A DNA stretch of 64,000 nt. It comes from Fimbriimonadales bacterium. Lineage in GTDB: Bacteria; Armatimonadota; Fimbriimonadia; Fimbriimonadales; JABRVX01. Where the stretch lies: NCBI GenBank assembly GCA_045862955.1, contig BTVI01000014.1, positions 1 through 64,000 on the forward strand. Direction: 5' to 3'. Positions 10,074 through 18,249 of the stretch are shown here, in pieces; position 1 is the first letter of the stretch, and each line of letters opens with the position of its first letter. Below the pieces are notes generated by a model that searched no databases, was not told the DNA's origin, and saw nothing but the letters and a program-made list of their open reading frames with translations. The position numbers and the translations under genes were made by a program.

Positions 10074-10913
10074 ATGGATGCGGTGGTGGACGTTTCGGGC
10101 GTGCCGCTCGGTGGACCTCGGCTCACCCTGATCGCAGGACCTTGCGTCGCGGAGAGCTTGGAGTTGTGCCGTCGCGTGTGCGGCGAGTTACGAGCCGTGA
10201 CCGAACGGCTCGGCTTGCCCTACGTGTTCAAGACCAGTTTCGACAAGGCGAATCGGTCCTCGGGCAGCTCTTCTCGCGGGCCGGGCTTAGAGGCCGGACT
10301 GGAGATACTCGATGCCGTCCGAACGGAGTTCGGCGTGCCCGTCACGACCGATGTCCACGAGACGTGGCAGTGCGCCCAAGTCGGTCGGGTAGCCGACCTG
10401 CTACAGATCCCAGCGTTTCTCTGCCGGCAGACCGACCTTCTACTCGCCGCTGCCGCCACCGGGCGCCCAGTCAACGTGAAGAAGGGCCAGTTCCTAGCCC
10501 CTTGGGACTGCCGCAACATCGTCGAGAAGCTGCGTGCCGCGGGAGCAAGCGGAATCGTGCTTACGGAACGGGGAACCAGCTTCGGCTACAACACGCTGGT
10601 CGTGGATATGGCCGGGTTGCCCGTTATGCGCTCGTTCGGAGTTCCGGTCGTGTTCGACGCCACGCACTCGGCACAGCGGCCGGGCGCGGCCGGTACGGCT
10701 TCAGGGGGAACTCGAGAGGCCATCCCGTATCTCGCGCGCGCTGCCGTTGCGGCAGGCGTAGACGGTGTATTCCTGGAAGTTCACCCGGATCCGGAGCGCG
10801 CATGGTCCGATGCGGCGACCCAGTGGCCCCTCGCTGAGGCCGAAAAGCTGGTGGAACAGCTACTGCGTCTTCACGGTCAGATGCAAGAAGAATCGCTGCG
10901 AGGAGCCGGCTAG
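10074..10913 (+). CDS. kdsA: 3-deoxy-8-phosphooctulonate (KDO8P) synthase
   Basis: [55 protein letters not shown]; start at ATG 10074. Confidence 0.96.
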   Translation: MDAVVDVSGVPLGGPRLTLIAGPCVAESLELCRRVCGELRAVTERLGLPYVFKTSFDKANRSSGSSSRGPGLEAGLEILDAVRTEFGVPVTTDVHETWQCAQVGRVADLLQIPAFLCRQTDLLLAAAATGRPVNVKKGQFLAPWDCRNIVEKLRAAGASGIVLTERGTSFGYNTLVVDMAGLPVMRSFGVPVVFDATHSAQRPGAAGTASGGTREAIPYLARAAVAAGVDGVFLEVHPDPERAWSDAATQWPLAEAEKLVEQLLRLHGQMQEESLRGAG

Positions 10914-11069
10914 GCTCAGTCTGCGCCAACCTCGTACAGCACATATGCCGGAAGCTAATCTGTCAACTGGAGATCCGGCCAGAAAACTGCAGAACCCGTA
11001 TGTACAATATGCTTGCTGATCGGCGCTGGCCGGTCGCACATGTTGCGTTGATTGAAGGATGGTATCAAC

Positions 11070-11840
11070 ATGAGGGCGCATGTCCCTTTGCTTGTAGTAG
11101 TCTGGATGGTGTCGGCCGGCTCGGCGCTGGCCATCGAACGAAACGCCTTCTTGAATCGCCCTGCCACCTCGACCAAGCAGCTGGTGGATCAGGTCAGGAA
11201 CGACCCGGTTGTCGCGGACCGCTACATGCGGCACTACGCGATGACCAAAGACGAGCTAATACGTTATCTTTCTGGCCTCCGCGTCTCCGTGCTGCGCATG
11301 GGCGGTGAGTATCGCGTGTACTCCTGCCTGCCTTCGGGCGTGATTCGCTCGCGATTGCTCACGCTGAAGCCGGGCACACGCGTCTGGGAAGACAGCAAGG
11401 GCATTCCCATCCTCAAGATGTCGTGCGGCAACCCGATGTCTTGGAACGTATCGGCTTTCAAGGAGCCGACTTCCGTTCCGGCGATCATGGAGCCGCTCAT
11501 CCTCCTCGACAGCGCTCTACGCGAGGCAACGCTATTCGAGACCGCTGCAGAGCCCGAGGAACCCGTTGCCGAGAGCCCAGCAGAAGTGGCGCTGCTGGTG
11601 CCTTCCGTGCCCGAGATGAGCTTCGGCGAGTGGCCGGAAGTGGTCACCGCACAGGTGACTCCGTCGGTCCCGTTGCTGCCGGGTGGTGGGTTCAACCTGG
11701 GGTTTCTCGGTTCGCTGCTCGTCGTTCCGTTCCTGGAACTGGGCGGCGGTGGTGAACCCATTCCCGAGCCCGGCATGCTAGTCGGGACGGGAGGAGCGCT
11801 ACTTCTGCTCGGGCTAAGGCTGCGTAGGCGACGCAAGTAG
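11070..11840 (+). CDS. Secreted PEP-CTERM protein; N-terminal domain ending in CGNP (DUF6777-like, tentative)
   Basis: Signal peptide, Pro/Glu/Ala-rich linker, C-terminal IPEPG + hydrophobic helix + RRRRK. Confidence 0.8.
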   Translation: MRAHVPLLVVVWMVSAGSALAIERNAFLNRPATSTKQLVDQVRNDPVVADRYMRHYAMTKDELIRYLSGLRVSVLRMGGEYRVYSCLPSGVIRSRLLTLKPGTRVWEDSKGIPILKMSCGNPMSWNVSAFKEPTSVPAIMEPLILLDSALREATLFETAAEPEEPVAESPAEVALLVPSVPEMSFGEWPEVVTAQVTPSVPLLPGGGFNLGFLGSLLVVPFLELGGGGEPIPEPGMLVGTGGALLLLGLRLRRRRK

Positions 11841-11981
11841 TCGGTCGGCCGCAATTCCGCACCCGTAGGGCTGCTGGGGTAAAGTCGCTGCACGGTGCCG
11901 CATCGCGGGGTGCGCCAGGACCAGGCGCACCCGAGAGCGAGCAGCCGCGGCGCTGACTCTTTACGGAAGAAGGGTGCGTTG

Positions 11982-12560
11982 ATGAAGCCTTTAGGATGTT
12001 GCTTGTCCCTGCTCGCAGCCTGTCTCATCGGCCCGGCGGCCACTGCGTCCCAAGATGTCGGGCCCAACCCATGGCAAATCGAAGTTGGCGCTTTCTTTCC
12101 TCAGGAAGAGGTGGAAAAGCTGGTCGGAGAGACCGTCTTCCTTGCCGCCCTGTCGCGTGACGTGAACCGGGGATCCGGCGGAGCGGTCACCTCGGTCGGA
12201 GTAAGCTACACTCAGCGCTCGGAAGCGGGCAGCGAGATTGCGGTCGCAGGCGCCTTCCTGCGCCAGACCTGGTTCGGTCGCAGGGATTCCGGGGGTTACG
12301 GAGGCCCGTTCGGAGGTTTCGAGGTCGGCCTCTTCAACACGCACGTGCAGGCTGCCGAGGAGGACGGCGGCGGCGGTGGGGCCCCTGGACGTGGGATCAC
12401 GCCGGGAACCAAAGAGGACCAGATCGGGGTCGGCGCCAGCATTTTTGCGGGCTACATGTTCGGGGACAGGCTCACCCTCCGCGGTGGCTACTCGGCGTAT
12501 CCCGCATCGGGTGGAGCTTCGGTGAGCGGGTTCTTCGCTACCGTCGGTTTCCGCTTCTAG
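11982..12560 (+). CDS. Small outer-membrane beta-barrel protein
   Basis: Signal peptide, alternating amphipathic strands, C-terminal FATVGFRF beta-signal. Confidence 0.7.
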   Translation: MKPLGCCLSLLAACLIGPAATASQDVGPNPWQIEVGAFFPQEEVEKLVGETVFLAALSRDVNRGSGGAVTSVGVSYTQRSEAGSEIAVAGAFLRQTWFGRRDSGGYGGPFGGFEVGLFNTHVQAAEEDGGGGGAPGRGITPGTKEDQIGVGASIFAGYMFGDRLTLRGGYSAYPASGGASVSGFFATVGFRF

Positions 12561-12623
12561 GTCGCTCGTCTGCCGAGGCAAGCAGAGGGCACGCGGACGC
12601 CGTAGCGCGCCGATAATGGATGT

Positions 12624-13988
12624 GTGGTCACTCGGCAGCCAGTCCCCGTGCCGCAAGAAGACGTCGACGCTTCCAAGCTCGGCGATATCCTGCTCGCCTC
12701 GGGTGCACTCACGCCAGCGGAGCTGCGCCAAGCCGAACGTCGAAGCAGTGCGAGCGGAGAGCGCCTTTCTCGCGCGATCCTAGACATCGGCGCCGCTAGT
12801 CCCACCCAGGTAGTGCAGGCACTGGCACTGCTCTACGGGCTGGAGATCGCGCACTTCGATCAGTGTCCGTTGGATGCGGCAGCAACAGCCTGTGTCCCCG
12901 AGGACCTGGCCCGCCGGCTCGAGGTCATCCCGCTCCGAAGACTCGGCTCTACGCTCTCGTGTGCGATCTTCGACCCGGGCGACACCGAAGCGCTAGAAGC
13001 GCTCGAGAACGTGTCCGATTGCGCCATCGCGCTCCAAGTTGCGACACCAGCGGAGATTTTCGCTGAACTGGATCGACGCTATGGGATCGGGGGAAGCGGT
13101 CCGCAACAGGTCTTGCCCGTCCGGCCGGGAGACATGTTCCTCCACTACAGGCTTAGCTCCGTACGCTGGGAGGAACCTGGCGTCGTGTGGTTCGAGGCAG
13201 ATGACACCCGACTGCTGCGCAGGGTTACCGTAGCACTGCTGTGCCCCGATGTGGATGAGCCTCTAGCCCGACGTGCCGGGAGGGTTCTGGAGCACTCGCT
13301 CTGGCTCGCTCGTTTCCCGCACCGCAACGTGCTGACCATTCACGATGTCGGCGAAGCCGACGGGCTGAAGTTCATCGTGAGTGAGGCGATCCAAGGTGAG
13401 ACGCTTCGTGAGCGCCTGCTGCGGGAGCGGAAGCTCTCCTTGGCTGCCACTTGCGAGATAGGCCTTCAGTTGTGCGATGGACTGCGCCACCTGCACCGTC
13501 ACCAGCTCGTTTACCGCGCTCTAAGCCCCTCGAACTGCGCCTTGCTGAGCGGAGACGAGGTCAAGCTGACGCATCTCGGCCTCGGCTTCGAGCCACACGA
13601 GGTGGGTGACGAGTTTCGCTTACTAGAAGCCGACGACTTCCGCTACCGTGCCCCGGAATACATTGCGGGTGAACCGCTCGACCAGCGGGCCGACATCTTC
13701 TCGCTGGGCACGCTGTTGTACGAGATGGCGGCGGGTCGCCCCGCCTTTCCGGGTGCGGGTGTAGCCGCAGTGACGCGCCTGATCCTGGAGGGCGGACTGG
13801 CGGCGTGTGAGGATCTTCCGCCTGCGCTGAACCGAATCATTTTGAGGGCCTGCGCCGCAGAGCGGCACGGGCGCTACAGAGACGCCCTCTCGCTTGCAGA
13901 GGACCTACTGGCCCAACACTGGCCAGAGGTCGCGGCAGGAGCCGGGGTCTCCCGCTATCTCGCCGCGGTGGAGCGGGAGACGGAGTAG
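12624..13988 (+). CDS. MshEN/GspE-N domain fused to a Hanks-type Ser/Thr kinase-like domain (predicted pseudokinase)
   Basis: KLGDILLASGALT..ERLSRAILDIG and VPEDLARRLEVIPL N-terminus; kinase fold (HRNVLTIHDVG, YRAPE, DIFSLGTLLYEM) lacking catalytic K, HRD and DFG; start uncertain. Confidence 0.82.
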   Translation: MVTRQPVPVPQEDVDASKLGDILLASGALTPAELRQAERRSSASGERLSRAILDIGAASPTQVVQALALLYGLEIAHFDQCPLDAAATACVPEDLARRLEVIPLRRLGSTLSCAIFDPGDTEALEALENVSDCAIALQVATPAEIFAELDRRYGIGGSGPQQVLPVRPGDMFLHYRLSSVRWEEPGVVWFEADDTRLLRRVTVALLCPDVDEPLARRAGRVLEHSLWLARFPHRNVLTIHDVGEADGLKFIVSEAIQGETLRERLLRERKLSLAATCEIGLQLCDGLRHLHRHQLVYRALSPSNCALLSGDEVKLTHLGLGFEPHEVGDEFRLLEADDFRYRAPEYIAGEPLDQRADIFSLGTLLYEMAAGRPAFPGAGVAAVTRLILEGGLAACEDLPPALNRIILRACAAERHGRYRDALSLAEDLLAQHWPEVAAGAGVSRYLAAVERETE

Positions 13989-13997
13989 AGCATCGAG

Positions 13998-14822
13998 GTG
14001 AGAGCGATGACAAGAGCCTATACCATCGTCGTAACTGGTGGACGCACGGGCCTCGGCAGAACCCAAGTGGCCGCCAATCTGGCCATCGCGCTGCAGCAAC
14101 AAGAGCGCTCGACCGTGCTCGTGGACCTGGATATCGGACAGGACAACCTCCGAAGCGCGCTCGGAATCAGCCCTCCACGCTCCCTGGCGGAGGCGTTGAG
14201 CGGACGGGCGAGACTCGAGGACCTTCTCGCAGAGGGGCCTGGTGGAATCGCCATCTTGCGCGGCGGGGCCGAGCTCGAACAGGTGGCGGCCCTTACGTCG
14301 GCCCAGACACGAAACCTTCTCGGGGAGTTGGTGCGCTTGGAGAGCCGGTTCGACTTCATCGTCATGGACGCAGGCATCGGCTCCTCTCTGAGCGCACTGG
14401 CCTTCGTCCGAAGCGCCCATGAGGCGCTGACACTGACGGCTCCCGACGCGGACGACATGACCGCGGCCTATACGGTGTTGAAGATGGTTAGTCGCAGGAG
14501 CCCTGGTACCGCTATCTCTCTGTGCGTCAACTTCGCCGCGAGCGAGGACGACGCAGTAGCAGCGCAGCGACTCGTCAGTGTCGCGCGCTCGTTTCTCCAC
14601 GCAGAGCTGAGAGTGGCAGGTGTAATTCGCGAGGACGCCGCGGTGAGGCTGGCAGAGCGCGCCGAGCGCCCGGTGCTGCTCACCTACCCGACCTGCATGT
14701 TTGCAAGAGACATCGTGAAGCTTTCGTCTTTCTGGACGAGGGAGCGTGCTGCCGACCCGGCCCTCGGACTGGCAGAGCGGCTAGCGGTGGAGCTTTCGCC
14801 GTCTCTGAGCGCGGTTGGCTGA
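13998..14822 (+). CDS. FlhG/FleN/MinD-family protein with degenerate Walker A
   Basis: VTGGRTGLGRTQVAANLA, VLVDLDIG..NL, GPGGIAIL, DFIVMDAG, AYTVLK, G.I.ED..V follow the FlhG/MinD pattern. Confidence 0.82.
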   Translation: MRAMTRAYTIVVTGGRTGLGRTQVAANLAIALQQQERSTVLVDLDIGQDNLRSALGISPPRSLAEALSGRARLEDLLAEGPGGIAILRGGAELEQVAALTSAQTRNLLGELVRLESRFDFIVMDAGIGSSLSALAFVRSAHEALTLTAPDADDMTAAYTVLKMVSRRSPGTAISLCVNFAASEDDAVAAQRLVSVARSFLHAELRVAGVIREDAAVRLAERAERPVLLTYPTCMFARDIVKLSSFWTRERAADPALGLAERLAVELSPSLSAVG

Positions 14823-15050
14823 GACGCCGTTGGCTGTGGGCTGAGGAATGAAGTCGTGCGACCGTTTGCCAGCCTCATCGACGGGTGGTACACTTGCGAT
14901 GTCGTCTTGTCGCATCCGAGCAGGGCGGCCATCCTCCCCGTCTACAGCGCTAACCATGCACATGCCGCCCTCACTTCCGATTGTCGAGCAGCCGGAAGCT
15001 GTCGCGGGTGAGGCTGCACGAAGCGTCCGCGTCCAGAGGCGAACAATCTG

Positions 15051-15956
15051 GTGACTCCTCCCGTAAGCGTCGTGATAACTTGCTTCAACTACGAACGCTT
15101 CCTTGCAGATGCCATCCTTACCGCCAGGTACCAGACGCTAAATGGAGCCGAGATCGTCGTCGTGGACGATGGAAGCACCGACGACTCCGCCAAGGCCGCG
15201 AAGGCACTGGGTGTTCGTGTCGTACAGCAGGAAAACCGGGGGCTCGCTGCCGCCAGAAACCGAGGCATCGCCGAGACTTCCGCCGACTGGATTGCCTTCC
15301 TGGACGCCGACGATCTGTGGGAAACGCACAAGCTCGAGCGTCAGTATGCGGCCGTGTGCGACGAGCAAGGCATCGTGCTGTGCCATACGGACTGCGTCTT
15401 TCTGCACGGCGACGGAACCGAAGACCGCCGGCCGCGCAAGCTGGAGCCGCCGGAACGGGGCTGCCCCTTCGCGCACCTGCTGCCCAGTAACCGCATCTTC
15501 TCCAGCTCCGCGATGGTACGACGCGATGCCGTCTTGCGCGCCGGCGGCTTCGACGAGAACCTCGACGCGTACGAAGACGTAGACCTATGGTTTCGCTTGG
15601 CAGCGCACGGCGACTTTCTCTTCCTGCCCGACCGACTCATCAAGTACCGGCTTCACGGAGCGAACACCAGGTCGCTCGGAAGAGAGTTCTGGGAAGGCTC
15701 TTTCGCGGTCCTGCAGGACAAGGTGCTAGCCAGCTGGGATGTACTCTCTGCACGGTTTCAGCCGAGAGAGAGGCAGCGCTACCGGCGCCTCCTGCGACGC
15801 CTCGTCGCGCTCTGCTACTCCGGTCAGGCCAAGCACTGCGCACGCGAGGGCCGTTATGCCGATGCCCTGAGGTCGCACTGGCGAGCGCTAGGTAACTATC
15901 CGTGGGCCCCACGACTTTACGGCTGCTTCCTCCGCACGTTGCTCTTCTGCCGCTAG
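15051..15956 (+). CDS. Glycosyltransferase family 2
   Basis: VSVVITCFN, VVDDGSTD, AARNRG, FLDADD, GGFDE..EDVDLW. Confidence 0.92.
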   Translation: MTPPVSVVITCFNYERFLADAILTARYQTLNGAEIVVVDDGSTDDSAKAAKALGVRVVQQENRGLAAARNRGIAETSADWIAFLDADDLWETHKLERQYAAVCDEQGIVLCHTDCVFLHGDGTEDRRPRKLEPPERGCPFAHLLPSNRIFSSSAMVRRDAVLRAGGFDENLDAYEDVDLWFRLAAHGDFLFLPDRLIKYRLHGANTRSLGREFWEGSFAVLQDKVLASWDVLSARFQPRERQRYRRLLRRLVALCYSGQAKHCAREGRYADALRSHWRALGNYPWAPRLYGCFLRTLLFCR

Positions 15957-16013
15957 CTGGGTTCCCTAGACCCGCCGAGGCTGAGGTGAGTGGTTCGTCC
16001 GTGCGAGCGCCAG

Positions 16014-16834
16014 GTGCCTCTCAGCGTTCTTCGCGAGTGCTTTGCGTCCTCTGCGCGATGGCTCCGGGCGCGCCCTGGTGTTGCGCTGCCGGGTGACTTG
16101 CATCAGGCCTACGGGGTCGGATCTCGCGCGAAGTTCGCAGAGAGATCGCCAAGGTCGCAGCAGGGTCTCTCGCCCAGCGTTCTCGATTGGGCTTCTCTGA
16201 GGCGCCTCTCAGCGATCTTGGCGAGCGCTCTGCGTCCTCTGCGCGATGGCTCCGGACGCGCCCTGGTGTCGCGCTGCCTGGTGACTTGCAGCAGGCCTAC
16301 GGGCTCGGATCTCGCGCGAAGTTCGCAGAGGGATTGCCAAGGTCACAGAAGTGGTCAACCGCACGGCATCTTCGATTAGGCTGTCGTCACGTGCCTCTCA
16401 GCGATCTTCGCGAGTGCTTTGCGTCCTCTGCGCGATGGCCCCTGGCGCGCCCTGGTGTTGCGCTGCCGGGTGACCTGCGGCAGGCCTACGGGCTCGGCTC
16501 TCGCGCGAAGTTCGCAGAGGGATCGTCAAGGTCACAGAAGTGGTCAACCGCACGGCATTCTCGATTGGGCTTCTCTGACGTGCCTCTCAGCGTTCTTCGC
16601 GAGTACTTTGCGTCCCTCGCGCGATAGCCCCGGACGCGCCCTGGTGTTGCCCTGCCGGGTGACCTGCGGCAGGCCTACGGGCTCGGCTCTCGCGCGAAGT
16701 TCGCAGAGAGATCGCCAACGTCGCAGCAGGGTCTCTCGCACGGCATTCTCGATTGGGCTGTCGTCACGTGCCTTTCGGCGTTCTTCGCGAGTGCTTTGCG
16801 GCCTTTGCGTGACAGCCCCTGGCGCGCCCTGGTG
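16014..16834. repeat. Tandem array of 188-189 bp imperfect units (4 full plus a partial fifth)
   Basis: Units begin at 16014, 16202, 16391, 16580, 16768; each full unit has an imperfect inverted repeat CTTTGCGTCCTCTGCGCGA ... TCGCGCGAAGTTCGCAGAG. Confidence 0.95.
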
Positions 16835-16935
16835 ATGCCGAGGGCAGTGAGCAGCAGGAGGACACAAGGCTCACGGCATTGACCGCGCAGACACCACGAC
16901 AGGATAGGACATCGCCGACGCCGAAGTAACACCTC

Positions 16936-18183
16936 ATGAAAGCCCTTGCCTGCATCCTCTTGTTCCTCTCCGTTCCGCTGGCTCTCTGCCAAGTGTGGCC
17001 GCAGCCGGACGAGTGGCCCATGCTCGCCGGAGACGCCCCTGGGTCGTCTTACACTCGCGTTCCCCCGATAGGCATCACTGGTCAGGTCTGGCGCACCAAC
17101 CTGAGTTCGATCCGTACTGAGATGATCACCTGGCGGCAAGCCGTTGCCGCCCATGGGCGCCTGTATCTGAAGTCGAAGGACACCGTGGCCGCGCTCGACG
17201 CAACGGGCGGGCAGATCCTGTGGAGCAGGCCGCTTGCGGCTAACGAGATCGCCGCAGCAGGCAAAGGCGTGTTGCTTGCACTCTCCGGCTTTGGGCTGAT
17301 CGCGCTAGACGGTCGCACAGGTGAGAGGCTGTGGGACGTCACAGTACCCGAAGCCACCCCAGCCCCCCGATTGATCGCCGGCTACGACTTTGCTCTCGTT
17401 GTCGGCGGTGGCGATGCCGGGCATGTCGCGCGATTCTTCGACACCAAGGACGGTGAGGCGCTCGCTTGGGATTCGGCGCTGCGCATCCGAGTGACTGGGC
17501 AGTGGTCGCTGTTCAACCACCCCTCGGCCATTCCAGCCTCCGCGTCCTCCGTCGTCTGCTTTGGCAATCGCGAACCGCAGGTCGTCTTTCTCCCGACCGG
17601 CTCCTCGAAGCAGCCGGGGGCGCTAGCGTGCAGCAAGAACCTCGTGATCGCCGGTTGGGCCGACACCTCGGCTACCATGGTCCCGATGGGCGAGGAGCTC
17701 GCCACCCAGGCCTGGAGCGTCGAGGAAGATTTCAGCCTCGTTTCCCGCTGGGTGAAAACGGGCAAAGCTCCCACGGAGTGGGGCAGGGCAGACAAGCTGT
17801 GCATAGCCAGCCCTTCCTTCGCTGTGGGGTATTCGGCGGATACAGGGCAGATGTTCGCGTTCAACCCTACAACGGGCGCCGAGCACTGGAAGATCAAGAA
17901 GGGCTGGCAGCTCCTTGCGATGGTGGCGGGAGGGCAGAGGGTGTACGCGGCCTTCCAGATCCCGTCCAAGACCGGTGGTGGCCCGGTGGGCACTCAGCTC
18001 CAGGTCTTGGACCTGGCCACGGGCGAGACACTGCTGCGGCACGACCTGCCGGCTCTCAGCGTCAACACGCTGGTTCCTGCCTACCGGAAGCTTTACGTGC
18101 TGGGGCACCACAACCCGGCTGCGCTCAAGGCGGATGTGCCACCGGCTGCCATCCCCGTGGCGGTCTGTCTCGGCAATCCGTAG
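16936..18183 (+). CDS. Secreted PQQ-like beta-propeller protein
   Basis: Signal peptide, EWPMLAGD, repeated ALDATGGQILW / ALDGRTGERLW / AFNPTTGAEHW blades. Confidence 0.75.
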   Translation: MKALACILLFLSVPLALCQVWPQPDEWPMLAGDAPGSSYTRVPPIGITGQVWRTNLSSIRTEMITWRQAVAAHGRLYLKSKDTVAALDATGGQILWSRPLAANEIAAAGKGVLLALSGFGLIALDGRTGERLWDVTVPEATPAPRLIAGYDFALVVGGGDAGHVARFFDTKDGEALAWDSALRIRVTGQWSLFNHPSAIPASASSVVCFGNREPQVVFLPTGSSKQPGALACSKNLVIAGWADTSATMVPMGEELATQAWSVEEDFSLVSRWVKTGKAPTEWGRADKLCIASPSFAVGYSADTGQMFAFNPTTGAEHWKIKKGWQLLAMVAGGQRVYAAFQIPSKTGGGPVGTQLQVLDLATGETLLRHDLPALSVNTLVPAYRKLYVLGHHNPAALKADVPPAAIPVAVCLGNP

Positions 18184-18249
18184 TCCCAGGGACCCCGCGG
18201 GGGCGCAGGTAAGATACTGCGAATCGCACTATCGGTTCGGGGGTTTCCG

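Noticed and set aside
15990..16867. Several ORFs over the 188/189-bp array
   Set aside because: Frame shifts between units and no protein-like features
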